A DNA stretch of 64,000 bases, from assembly GCA_951406725.2 (NCBI GenBank), contig OX597817.1, forward strand, positions 6,138,001 through 6,202,000, in the 5' to 3' direction. This DNA is from Octopus vulgaris (lineage: Eukaryota). Position numbers and translations under genes: made by a program. Shown piece by piece: positions 1-13,023 of the stretch (positions are counted from its first letter, which is position 1; every line of letters starts with the position of its first letter). Below the pieces are notes generated by a model. The model had not been told where the DNA came from. It ran no database searches and saw only the letters and a list, made by a program, of their open reading frames with translations.

Positions 1-680
1 TTTATACGTATGACATTTATTTTATAAACCGTAGTCCCCCTTGTGTTACAATGCGCAATATTAACATCCTTTTTTAGATTGGCTCAGGCAGACAATGGAG
101 CATATTATAAAGTTCGAAAGAATGAAAACAATCCGAAATTCAATGAATTAATTAAAAAAATAACAGCAAAAATTACACATACAATGCCTATATCTCTCAA
201 TAGATGACCGTAAAGAAAATTAGTTTTAAACATTATAGATTCGAGATATTTAAAAGCCTAAAATTATGTAGTTATCCAATATCATTAAACGGTCTATCAT
301 AAGATATCAGGCCACATATGATTGTATATGCTTTATGCAAACTGCTTTAAATATTGTCAGGACCTTCGCTATATAAAGATGTGAAATACAATGGTGTTTG
401 CGCTAAATAATGGGAAAGTGATGAATAATTTATTTTTAATCGAAGCAGCGGGACTAATTAGCTGTGGTAATTGATTTTCGAAACCATTTAACTTTTTCAA
501 TTTGCCAGTCCGGTGAATAATCACATAATCAACAACCAAAAATTGCAACAAAAAAAAAAAATGTTTATGATATCTTAGAGAATGATTGAAATATGCTACC
601 AGACAAGCATTTACGCATACATGTGGACAGTTCTCATCCATAGGGACCTTAATTCATTTTAACTTAGAGCGCAGATACAA

Positions 681-682
<2 letters not shown>

Positions 683-730
<48 letters not shown>
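683..730. repeat. (CA)n microsatellite
   Basis: Pure acacac run seen directly. Confidence 0.95.
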
Positions 731-734
<4 letters not shown>

Positions 735-1230
735 ACGTGTATTGTCTCTTACGCTCCGCCTTATACAAAGACATTTGTTAGGACATGTATGTGCATGAAT
801 ATATTTATATAGGTATGCATGTCTTCATGCGTATATATAGACACGCACATATGTATGTAGTAACAAAAGTATCTAGATATAACTACATATATAACTGTCT
901 ATGCACGCACATAAGCAAGCACACATACGCATATATATACATATATATAATATATATATATACGTGTGTGTGTGTGCATGCATTCTTTTATTCTTTTATG
1001 TTTCAGCCTTGCAGCTACGGCCGTGCTGGGGCACTGCCAGTGTAATCACCTTTTAATTAGCCAATTCTATGGGATTGGTTTTGGGTGAAGGAGGGAGTTC
1101 GATACCAATGCCCACTTTCGATTATCCTGCCTTTTGATTATCCGGTTCATGTGGAATCTTTGATAGCAAGAGGTCTACTCCCACTCCATGGAGATCCCGC
1201 AGATGTTCTGGCAAGGAGCTAAATAGTTTA

Positions 1231-1640
1231 GGCGTAGGAGTTGCTGTGTTGTAAGTAGCATGCTTACCAGCCACATGGTTCCAGTATCCGTCACACTGCG
1301 TGGCACCTTGGGCAAGTGTCTTCTACTATAGTCCCGGGCCGACCAAAGCCTTGAGAGTGGATTTGGTAGACGGAAACTGAAAGGAGCCTGTCGTATATAT
1401 GTATATATATATATGTGTGTATATGTTTGTGTGTCTGTATTTGTCCCCCCCTCCAACCTCGCTTGACAACCGATGCTGGTCTGTTTACGTCTTCGTAACT
1501 TAACGGTTCGGCAAAAGAGACCGATAAAATAAGTACTAGGCTTAAAAAGAATAAGTCCTGGGGTCACTTTGGTCGACTAAAGGTTGCGCTCCAACATGGC
1601 CACTGTCAAATGAATGAAACAAGTAAAAGAGTAAAAGAGT
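1231..1640 (+). mobile_element. tRNA-derived SINE family A (CORE-like middle domain), full copy
   Basis: Near-identical copies at 8957-9362 and 54250-54644. It has a tRNA-like head, a CCTTGGGCAAGT motif like CORE-SINEs, an internal (TA)/(TG) tract and a GTAAAAGA-repeat tail. Confidence 0.85.
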
Positions 1641-1649
1641 TTTTGGCCC

Positions 1650-4300
1650 TTGAATCTCAAGGTATTGCATTACATGAACCTCGCCTTTGATGAGACAGCT
1701 TGGACTTTTCGAACAGTGTAGTGACGTCCATTTCGACAGCTGGTATAACTCTAAATTTCAAAGTTTAGTGTCAGCCCCTCCAGTATGTTCCACACTTATA
1801 TCCCTGCGTATCGCTCTCGTCTTCACTCCAGGGAGCAGAGCCATAACTCTTTCAGTCTTTCCCAGTCGCTCAGCTGCTGTTCTATTGATGCAATCTTCCT
1901 TGTGTAGTATCGCTGAATTGCCTCAAGTTCAGCTGTTAATCCTACAGGGTAAGGTGTCCACAGTTGAGAGCAGCAGTCCAGACGGCTTAAGACAAATGTC
2001 CTCCATAAGACCAACATAGTCTCCTCCTTCCTTGTTTTGAAGGTTCTCAGAATCCATCCGGCCATTCGCTTGTACAATGCCATTATCTTGGTCACATGCA
2101 TGTGAAATGAGTCATCATTGCTCATATCAATCAGATGATCATGCACCGAATGTGATTCTAGGACTTCCGCTCTTTTTAGTCCAAAGTATCATTGTTGTGA
2201 CTTCTGAGCACTAATTAGCTTGGGATTTGCCTGCATTAAATTGCATGTTGTTGTCCTCAGCCCATTTATATATGGCATCTATGTCTTTCTGTTGAAGTTT
2301 GACATCAGAATGTTCTTTTACTGCTTGTACTACTTTTGTGTCAACAGCATATCCAGTAAGTGTGGCTATCTGTATTACTGATGGCATGTTTGAAAGAGCC
2401 ACCATGAACAGCAGTGGGCCCAATAGAGTTCCTTGAGGCACATCACCTTCTATTAATGTCTCTATGGAGAGGGCCCCGTTGGCTGCTACAGCCTGGCATT
2501 TGTCTTTTAAGAAGCCATGCAACCTCTCTCCGATTTTCCCAGTTATGCCGAGTCTCCGTAGTCCGTAATATATCATCCAATGATCAACCTTATGAAAGCC
2601 CGTTGCAAAGTCTAGCTGTATCACATCTACATTTGAGCGATTCATTAATTGTTCCAACACCCGTTGTAAAAGCTGTGTAAGCTAGCTTCTGCCTGAGCGA
2701 AAGCCATGTTGGGTATCAGGAAGCAAGTCATTATATTCAAGTTATGTTCTATCACCTCTTGATCGATACCTTTCCAATCAGCTTTGTGAAAATTCAGGCT
2801 GCAGAAGAGTTGGGTTCTTCTAGTAGCATGCATGTCCATAGTCTTCTGCGGACCATACATTGTCAGTTCTATTAAATTATGGTCCGAGAAAATCATCGGT
2901 GTCACCCCAACATTATGGATGGCCGCCGTGTTGTTTGTGAAACAGAGTCCAGGCCATTTTTTTCCTATTCTTTGGTGGAGTACTATTGGCTCCATAAAAA
3001 GTGTGTTAGTGAGGTCAAGCGGAGACTCTGCACGCCTCAGGCCATGTAGTGGCATACCTGAGAGAAGGTGGCCCACAGGCCAGTCGAAACAAGAGATGTT
3101 GATATCCCCTAAAAGACATATGTGCATGTTGTCATCCATGTCGGTTAATACATCTTTCATTTCTTGGAGGCTCTCTTCAAATGAATCCTCATGATTTGGA
3201 GCATCTGGTGGGCGATACATGGTACAGATTACTAGTTTCATCTGCTTAATGTGTACCACCAGAGTGTCACAGACTGAGTCTGCATGTGACAGCTGGACCA
3301 CCGGCGTGGCATATTCCCGGACATACATTGCTATTCTACCATGAGTTCTTACACTCTTGTCAGTTCGAAGCACAACATATGTGTATCGCAGCATCTGATA
3401 CTTCCACATTGAGATGTGTTTCTGTTAGTGACACATATTGCTTGATTACATGCCACAAATCTCTCAGGTACTGTGCGTTGCGTTATTGGAACGTTACGAG
3501 GCCTCTGATGTTCAGCAAGAATACTGGTGTGACATGTAGGGTGTCGTAGTGGCCACTGCTCTGACGTGCATATTAGAGGTGGCTACCCCGGGTCGTTTGT
3601 TGCTTGAGGTGGTCGTGGGTATTGGTAAGTGTTCTTCATACTGGAAGCCAAGTTAGCTGCCTTACAATCATCTATCCAACCTCAAAAAAGGGAATGTCTG
3701 TAGTTCAGCAGCTGCTATCTGCACTGCATCGACAGTTTGTTTCCTCCTAGGAGCAGTGTGTGCACCATCCACACACTTCCATGGTGGTGGCATTGTATCT
3801 TGTGACCTGATGCTGTGTTGTTGGAGGCTGTTCTTCATGCTCTTCAGGTGAGTGGAACGAGCACTGGTCATATGAGATTTGGGATGAGGAAATCTGTAGC
3901 CTGTCCCAGTGTCACTATACCAGCAGCTACCTGTTACATAGAACTTGCAAACTGGTTTGCTCTTCTTTTTACCAGAGCCGTTACCATTGCAGGTTCTATT
4001 TCGTTTTCCTTGTGAACCCACCTTGGACCCACATCCATTCTCAGCCCGCCGGTCCACTGCTACCTTTGTTTTTCATGCTTTACTTTGCTGCTGTTTTTTG
4101 CCTCCACGCACAACTTCACCTTTGGTTTCTCTTGGCGAACTTTGGCATCCTACTTGGACTCACAGTTGTCCGGGGTGTTGGGGGTCTCCTTTGTGTTTTC
4201 CTCTCTTTCAACCTTATCCTTCCATGGGGTCACATGCTTCTTTTTCTTTTTCACCCTTTTGTACCTTCACCTCCACTTTAAATATTTTTTCTCAAATAAT
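1650..4300 (-). mobile_element. Degenerate CR1/L2-group LINE (ORF1 remnant with CCCH-like finger, APE endonuclease, RT with large internal deletion)
   Basis: ORF 2645-3409 has APE motifs (MYRPPD, LLGDINI, SDHNLI). ORF 2211-2660 has RT motifs (LDFATGFHKVDH, VPQGTLLGPLLF, YAVDTK for YADD). ORF 1823-2146 is the C-terminal region (SRLDCCSQLW, WERLKEL). ORF 3668-4057 contains CKFYVTGSC...FPHP. Many frameshifts. Confidence 0.85.
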
Positions 4301-4680
4301 TTCAATTGTGGTTGTATTAAGGTATATGAGCGAATGAGTTTATTCTTTTCCTCTTAATTTGAGGAAAACGAATGTATGGCAGAGAAACATACATGTTCAT
4401 GCACTTCGATGCATACTGACATGTATGTGTGTGTGCGCGTGTGCGTGTGAGAGAGAGAGAGAGAGAGTGCACATATGTGAGTGTAAGTGCTTGTTTATGA
4501 GTGATCTTTTGTAAACTGAGGACTCGAAAAGAGTGAGAGAGATATAACTCGCAAAGCTTATAGTAAAACGTATTGCAACGTATATACGTTTTTGAAACAT
4601 AAAACTTTGGAAAATTAGGTTAGTCATTGTATGGCTTCAGCAACATCCAACTCACAGCTATATCTAGAAAAATTATATAA

Positions 4681-4899
4681 GGTAGAAACGTTAGTGCGCC
4701 GGGCGAAATACTTAGCGGTATTTCGTCTGTCGTTACGTTCTGAGTTCAAATTCCGCCGAGGTCGACTTTGCCTTTCATCCTCCCGGGGTCGATAAATAAA
4801 GTACCAGCTTCGCACTGGGTCGATGTAATCGACTTAATCCGTTTGTCTGTCCTTGTTTGTCCCCTCTATGTTTAGCCCCTTGTGGGTAGTAAAGAAATA
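4681..4899 (+). mobile_element. tRNA-derived SINE family B, monomer with 16-bp TSD
   Basis: B-box-like GAGTTCAAATTCC. TSD tatatctagaaaaatt at 4659-4674 and 4900-4915. The same unit occurs in arrays at 16.9, 22.9 and 53.5 kb. Confidence 0.85.
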
Positions 4900-5019
4900 T
4901 ATATCTAGAAAAATTGGATTGAAAGACGAATTCTATTCTAGTTATTTATACGTATGTAAACTCTAGTAATCAACATTTTCAGTTTCTGAAAACACGAATT
5001 AATCTTGATTGAAATTTTG

Positions 5020-5190
5020 GCAGAGCACCAGCAAGTTCGTAGGTGGGTGGGGGTGGGTCGATTACATCGACCCAAGCATGCAACTAGTGCTTAATTTATC
5101 GACCGCAAAATGTCGAATTCGGCAGAATTGAACTTAGAACATAAAGACAGACGAAATGCCGCTAAGCCCGCCCGGTGTGCCATCTCACCG
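5020..5190 (-). mobile_element. Diverged SINE family B-related copy, inverted relative to 4681-4899
   Basis: gtcgattacatcgaccc, ttaatttatcgacc and gacagacgaaatgccgctaagc match the reverse complement of family B. Confidence 0.7.
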
Positions 5191-5624
5191 CTTTAACTAT
5201 GTTAGTGAAATCTTCTAGGTTGAACCAGATTATTCTTCTCATCAGCCATGCTAGCAAACCTGCAAACATAAAACGACCAAAATCACATACACGCGAACGA
5301 GGCCGGCTCCAGCACACACACACACGCACACACAAACAAACACACACACACACACACACACAAACACAAACACACATACACATACACACATATTCATAAA
5401 CACAGCCAATAATATAGCGACATAACAGCAACCGTCATACCAGCTAGAATCAAACAAGCAGCCAATACACAAGTAAACACAAACTTATGCATATACACTC
5501 GTGCACCCATACAACCGATAACATACCCACATACTCCTATTCACAGACCTCGTACATGCATATCTACGCGAGTATACGTAATAAACACACTCACATGCAC
5601 ACGCACATATACGCACACGCGCAC

Positions 5625-5667
<43 letters not shown>

Positions 5668-6578
5668 TGCACTCATCAGCCAACCCTTGCCATATCCAGA
5701 CACACTGAAACCACCAGTTTCCTAGTCAAAGAAATCCGTCTTTCTGATTTCATTGGTGTCGCTACGAAATTGACACTATTCCCTAAAATACCATGTGACC
5801 CTCCTTGTCCAATAGCAGCATATCTTCCCGTAGCCATCTCAAACTTCCCGAATCTCTCCCTTCAGCATTCCGGAAGCCTGAAGAAGTCAGACTTCAGTTA
5901 AGGAGTCTGCGAAATTTCAAGCAGCACGGAACTGAATCAAAGGTTTTAAAACAATTCATGTAATTCGTACTATGATGAGTACCGTAACCTTTCGTTTATC
6001 CACTCGCTCGTATATATGTATACACACAAACTCAGACACACCCGCACAGGTATGCATTGGTATACACGTGGATAGAGATATCACAAATAAAAAAAAATTG
6101 ATATATTACTTTGTAAGTTATGTTCCGAATAGATTCCTAAAAAAACCGAATGATTTTAGGTACTCTGTAGGATGTCGTCGGTTTTGAGGCCGAACACAAA
6201 TACACTCACACACACATTCAGATACTCATACACGCAGTAACACATACATGCAATACATAGGTACACACTCGCGCGCATGCGTAGAGATTCAGAAACATGA
6301 TCGAACAGGCACAAAGCTACGCACGTGGTTTCAACCTTTTCTTAGCATGTCTCAGCCATTTTACAAAGCAGCACATTTAATTTTGTTTGGCTGTCATTTT
6401 ACAAGTATCATAATTAATCAACAATGACAGTTGGAAAAATGATACTTGATGTATGGTTCATGACATTAGTATCAATATGTTCTAAATTCGATCAATATTG
6501 AACTTGACTGCCAGAGGAGATCGTGTCGAGTTTCCACAATACATACATATATGTGTGTGTGTGAGGGCATGTGTGCGC

Positions 6579-6676
<98 letters not shown>

Positions 6677-6933
6677 ACATATGTATATATATATATATAT
6701 ATGTATAGGGGGAGAATTCACAAAAAAACAAAAGACGAAGACAGGTGGCGTAGACAACAAAGAGATGTATTAGTTTAACGCCATATATGTGTGTGTATAT
6801 ATATATATATATAAATATGAGTACATATATTCATATATATGCATATATATATATATACATACATATATACATACATATATGTGTATATATATATATATGT
6901 ATGTATATAAATGTGTGTGTGCATATGTATATA

Positions 6934-8560
6934 CAGTGATGAGTCAAAAGTTTGTCAACTTCTCCGCTTCATTCTTCAAGTTATAACAAAAGCAGTCTAG
7001 TATTCAGTCTAGTTCTTTGATATGGAAAATAGCCTCTCTCCGAAAAATTCGTAAGTGATTTGAAGTAATATAGAAAACTCTTCTTCATTTGTTTTGGCTA
7101 AAATTCTGTTTTTATTCATAAAATAATGAGGTATTATTATTAATAACTTCTAGCGCAATAATTGCTGAATTACAATGATCAATAATTGCTGTTCGCATGA
7201 TCTACATTTCCTTGAATGCCTTGATGAAGTGTCAGTATCTATGGCCCTCCCAGACTCTATAATACCGGTATGGCCAATGCCATCAATGTAACACAACACC
7301 TGTAGAAAAATATGAACGGGATGAGAACTCTAGAGGACTGACATTTTTACATAGGAAGGAATTAGCATAGGAGTGGGTATTGAGAGGTGAAATAAACTCG
7401 ACTGGAATGCTTTATTGAAGATGTTACGAAGTCAGCCGGTTCCTAGTAGTGATTGCCCTTTTAGTTTTCGTAGAAAAATAGTGAGATATCAATGTACAAG
7501 ATTCTTATAGACTACAGCGAAACTATTGAATGGTTCTATGTCCATAATACGGTTGGATCGTTTATTGGTTCAGTCCTGTGCGTAGGTTTGTGCAGAAGCA
7601 GCATGCTAAACTTAAAAACAGTACATTATTAAGCACCTTCCCCCATAACCCCTATAGAGTGTCAATAACTGATGCTGGATTAAGCTTAGGAGACATTTTA
7701 AACAAAACTCCTAGATATTCCGATCATCCTTGATCAGTGCAACCACAAAACGTTGCTGAAAGTATTGATAGATATATTTGCTATTTGACAATAAAGGACA
7801 GAAAAATTATTGCATTGTGTCAATTTGGAGAGTGTTCGATAGAAATATCACTTAAAGTGTGGTGTCATTGTCATAAAAAATACATTGGTTAAATCCATTT
7901 GGATGTGCCAGAGATATTGCGTATAACAAAAATAATCATAAATTCCACTGAAAAACTATTCTGGCAAACAGTTAACTCAGGAAGATAAGAATTATGCTGG
8001 CGAAACATTTTATGGAGTCAGAGGATCGAAAATTTAACTACTTCAGATTTAGCAGATGGTAAACTTTTGATGTCGCAGAATAAAAATTTCTCTAAGAGTG
8101 CACGAATTTGACTTAAAAATTATTGTTTGTAATGTCATAGTTTGGAGAAACATGCCTGGAAATGTGTCGGTTTCATTTAGAAGATAAAATGCATCAGAGC
8201 CATCTTTGTGGAGATGTTGCAGGAGACTATGCTTCCATATGCTAACATTTATGTAGCTAACATTTATGTTGATTACTCGAATCATATCACAAAACTAATA
8301 TAGTGATTTACCAAAACTTAAAAAAACATTGATATATGTATTTATCAGAGTAAGTCTAGGAAATTTAGCTAATTATTTCAATAGAGCCAAATTCAAAACA
8401 AAGTGATACTTGAACTTTTTGATTCAATACATCGTCAAATGTGATTCTGTTTTGAGAATTTCGATATCTTGACTAAGTATTAGTAGAGTGACATATTATT
8501 CCTCTTCATTTCTAACAATCACATTTCGATTTTACTTTTTTAATATCTGATATAGGTGCT
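6934..8560 (+). mobile_element. Highly decayed hAT (Charlie/SPIN-like) transposase relic
   Basis: Manual translation across frameshifts gives WKIASLRK..D.EVI, IIAELQ*S..AVR, RG.DIF, HC..K..L.K.....I...KIIIN and VD..NHI.KL, in the order expected for hAT transposases. No intact ORF. Confidence 0.4.
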
Positions 8561-8956
8561 CTTATATGATGTTCATTTGTGGACCTACTGACACTTTTAA
8601 TAATTACATGAGACCGTTATAAAATTTAATAGGGTTTCAATTTCATTTTTCTTCATTTTTACAAACTGATATATCGCAATGTGAACTTTATTGTTTGATT
8701 CCTGTTTCCTCTTTTCTATTTTCAACAATAAAGTGATAAACAAGACAAATGTTAATTCATTCAAATTTTTCATTGTTACTTTTTGCGTGGCTTTCAATTA
8801 AAATTATAATTTTCATTGGCTGTGTGAAGAGAAAATGGCAGTAACTATGTATTCGTATGCCCTCCAATACGGTGGAAATCGATACCGTTAACATTCTACT
8901 TGGAAAGTCGAAATTTGGTGATTTCAGTTGACGAAGTTGAGAGGATTGAGCTCAGT

Positions 8957-9362
8957 GGCGCAGGAGTGGCTGTGTGGTAAGTAGCGTGCTAACCAACCAC
9001 ATGGCTCCGGGTTCAGTCCCACTGCGTGGAATCTTGGGCAAGTGTCTTCTGCCAATGCCTTGTGAGTGGATTTGGTAGATGGAAACTGAAAGAAACCTGT
9101 CGTATATATGTATATATATATGTATGTGTGTGTGTGTTTGTGTGTCTGTGTTTGTCCCCCTAGCATTGCTTGACAACCGATGCTGGTGTGTTTACGTTTT
9201 CGTCACTTAGCGGTTCGGCAAATGGGACCGATAGAATAAGTACTGGGCTTACAAAGAATAAGTCCAGGGGTCGATTTGCTCGACTAAAGGCTGTGCTCCA
9301 GCATGGCCGCAGTCAAATGACTGAAACAAGTTAAAGAGTAAAAAAGTAAAAGAGAAAAAGAG
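8957..9362 (+). mobile_element. SINE family A, full copy
   Basis: Colinear with 1231-1640 and 54250-54644. Confidence 0.85.
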
Positions 9363-10216
9363 AGAGTGGTTTTAGCATGGCGTGAGGTGGATACTAAGCT
9401 ATGTTTGAATAGAAGAGAAGAGAAAAGTGAGATAAGATCAGGAGTTAAGGTGGTATCAAATCAGTTGGTTCTAACAAGGCATTTTGTTATCGTAGCTTTA
9501 GAATATGCAAACGTTGGTGAGAGCAAATCCTTGGGCATTCAAAGACAGAGGTCTTAAATGATGAGAAGACCTTGCATTTGTAGCGAAACTATGAAGTTTC
9601 TAACTATATGCAGCGCATGATTGTGAGGAGGGAAATATTTTCAAAGCATATAAATTGATTGCACATCATCAATATTCTTGTTTATCTATCCAATCACATC
9701 TACGAATAAAAACACATGACTGATATTAAGGACAAGTTTCGTCGCAATCATTTCACGTATTTATACGATCAGATCTATTCCTGAAATCTGATTTATATAA
9801 TGTTAACTATCACTTCTTAAATTCAGATTTTAGAAACGTGTGATTAATGCGTTATATTTTAACCGCAACGTCGTTTTTATTTAATCCTTCTAAGAGTTGG
9901 TCACGTGCTGTTAGTCATTTTATTTTATCAGATTGTAAAAACACAGAAAAGAAAGAAAAATATTTTCTAAGGAATTGCCTGTTCGATTAAATTTGTTTCT
10001 GTTTATTACTACCAGTTTTCAACTCCATTTAGGATCTTAGAATATATAATTTAATCGATACAAGAGATATTTTAGTACTGTTTCTATTGTTTGAGCATTT
10101 ACTAGTTTTTTATACAATTGTACACAAATCCATACAAACAGACTGCTGAATGGTGAACTTAATCTATACAGTTATATGCGTATGTGTGTGTATCTATCGC
10201 TCTCTCTTTCTCTCTC

Positions 10217-10263
<47 letters not shown>

Positions 10264-10619
10264 TACAAGAGATAATTTTTGCCTCATTTTATGGGGACAA
10301 AAGGGTTTATAAGACTACAAAAAAGTGCTCAAATGCAATTGAGACAGAGATGAAAAAATACATTGATCAGAACAAATATCAAATTCGAGTCAACGACTTT
10401 CTACATAACGCTGCGCCTCCAATCATTTGATCGTATATAAATATTACAATGGCCTTTCAACATATAAAGAATACATGTATAAAAACACTAGAAGGTAAAA
10501 AATATAAAGGCAAATAAAATAGATATATAGAACTATCTATCAAGAAGGTATATACGATCGACTAAAATTTTAAAGCGTATCAAGCCACTAAAAATCTGAA
10601 TAAAATAAAATATCAGATA

Positions 10620-11430
10620 GCTAAAAAGATTTTTCTTTCTTCCCTCAAACAAAACATATATAACAAAAAATTCATTTCATATAAACCATGGTCGGTTGAC
10701 TCTCAAGATGGGAAAACAACTACAACCTTAAAACTTACAGAAATCTACCGCCTAACGCAGCTCTTGCAAATTTTGAAAATGATCATATGAATATGATTAA
10801 ACGGTTGAAGTTTTCCAGATACACAAATCCTTTCCAGAAACTCCTGTCTGAGAAAATCTCTACAGAGAAATCATCTCCAGATTTGCACATCCTATCGTAT
10901 AAGACTGGGATTATTTATTCCCTACCGCCGAGTCTTTATAATGACTTGATCCCGAAAGAGCTTAGTTCTGGATATAAATATGCAAGCAAAAATGCTTTGG
11001 ATGAGATTAATGGCACTCATCTAGATATCATCTCTTGTTTGTGCCTACTTGATAGAACCCAAACTTATGCTCCCTAAACACCCCATTGTATTTTAAAGGA
11101 CCATAAGTCTGATTTTTTAATCAAATCCTTCGATTAGATTAATCTGCCTGACCAAGTCTGATTTGGGCAGAATTAGTATATATATTATAGATCAGATTAT
11201 TTCCATCGTGAAGGATAAGGTTCAGCTTCCCCTATGGAACTTTACTGGGGACGTTATCTTATGGTTTGACTCCCCTTCTGATAAGCCTAATTTAGACTTT
11301 ATCCAATTTGATATCTCGATTTATTACAATTCTGTATCTCTTATATTGCTAAATAAGGCTTTGATTTTCACTCGGAAATTTGCGAATATCCCTTGTTCGG
11401 ATATTGACGTAATTTTAGCAGCAAAGGAAA
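10620..11430 (+). mobile_element. Penelope-like element RT fragment (Naiad-type)
   Basis: ORFs 10787-11077 and 11163-11462 read ILKDHK.DF...RLIN.TKSDLGRIS.YIIDQI...LW..TGDVI.WF......DFIQFDI..YY.SV...LL.KAL.F, the characteristic PLE RT N-terminal pattern. Interrupted by a stop and a frameshift. Confidence 0.7.
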
Positions 11431-12160
11431 GAAGTACGGAACAGTGGAGGTGCGTTTCCTAGAGGTAGCTACTGCCATGTTACACTCGGCAACCCCTTTA
11501 AAAACAGAAGTGGTACTTCCACCCATATACCTTGGGAGACGTGCGTGCTTCTAGTGTTAGAGTAGAAGATATACCACCAGAGATTGACGTAGCCTGGCTA
11601 GTAACTGCTATACAGCTAGGCAATGAGGATAAGATTGTGGTCCTCCAGGCCACAAGAACAGCCCATAAGAATTGGCAAGGCCAGACCCGGGATATGATTA
11701 TCCAAGTGTCCCCGGAACACATAGAAAATATAGTGGAAACTATCGCTATACAAGACGTGATAATTGGGTTTAAAGTGGAGGGCAGGATCCCGCGTTTCTA
11801 CAAGTGTGGCCTAAAAGGCAACATTAGAGCGACTGTCCTCCGCCGCCCAAGAAGCCCCAAGATAAATCCGCGAGCAGGGAGGAGTTGCACCACCAGCACC
11901 AACAAAAGAAAACTCAAGTATTATGGAAGTAGACGCAAAGATGGAATTGAGTGGGAAACGGTCGGAAAGAGAAAATAAAAAAGAAGGAAAAAGTGAATAT
12001 AGACCCCTATCCCACAATAACACCCCACACTCACCTACACTCACTTTGCCCCAGCCTTCCCCTACAGACGCCAAACTTCCCCACTCACCTCCGACGCAAA
12101 GAAAGCGCAGACACAAGAACCGCAAAACTTCATCCCCAATCTGTGATATAAGAAAATACG
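11430..12160 (+). mobile_element. ORF1 fragment of a Tx1/L1-group LINE
   Basis: ORF 11532-11978 (VEDIPPEIDVAW..., NWQGQ, VEGRIPRFYKCGLKGNIRA) aligns by eye with ORF1 of the full element at 45092-45664 (VEDIPRGYDIMW, NWKGQ, VESRRPRCFKCGEKGHVRS). Confidence 0.75.
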
Positions 12161-12189
12161 AGGTATGGGAAATAAAGAATCGTTAGCTT

Positions 12190-12990
12190 CCATCTCATTG
12201 AGCAGGTAGTGTCTATCAATATACTTAGTGTATTTACAGAAATCAACAGCTAATATCTACATACGATTGGGGCAATGCCATCAGTTGCGGCATAAATCAT
12301 TTTGTTTCAAATAAGAATATGTTTTGGAAATACGTATCCGAATCCATATGAATGTTTTTACCTGTGAAATCTTGGAAATTTTCTGACAGGAAGAATTTTC
12401 CATTCGGGACTTATCATATAACATATCTAACCCCAGAAGGCCTTCGGAAATTGATTCATCACTTTGGATGACAATTTTGCATTAGGTGCAGTGGATCAAT
12501 TTATTATTCCTATGCTCACCTGTCAACAATGCCTTCCGATTCTGGTGAATGGCTCTATGGGCTGATCTTGGTAATTTCATTTACATTCTGCTTCTTGGCA
12601 GTTACAAAGCAATAGACATTACAAACAAAAGTAAAACTTCGCAAGTACCATGTAGTTTTTTCGGTTACGTTGAAAATTCCTGGATGCAAGTGTGGTCTAT
12701 TTTGAGACGTTTTACAAAATATTCTATTCAATGTTTTCTTGCTAGCATTGCGTTTATTTTTAAGTAACGTTGAGATTTGTCTTCCTTCATTATTCTTCTT
12801 TGTCATCAAATTGTTTTGTTATTTACGTGGTTGCGTGCCATCATTTGAAAGCCGTCTCCGAATCAGGTGACTTTCAAATAATACCCTGCCATACAAAACA
12901 TATTGGTTTCCTAGTGTTCTCTAGCACTGGAATAAAAATGATTGGTTAGATGTTCGAAAAAATATCGTCACTATTTTTTACTTTATCTCA
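12190..12990 (-). mobile_element. Decayed hAT (Buster/Charlie-like) transposase relic
   Basis: Minus-strand translation gives KPICFV...LSNDGTQPRK (cf. LSNEAMKPSK), QSDES...LL..VRYV, FTGKNI, AATDG and IDRHYL (cf. IHRQHL) in the expected order. Confidence 0.55.
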
Positions 12991-13023
12991 CTAACACTTT
13001 ATCATCTGTATTAAAGCATAAAT

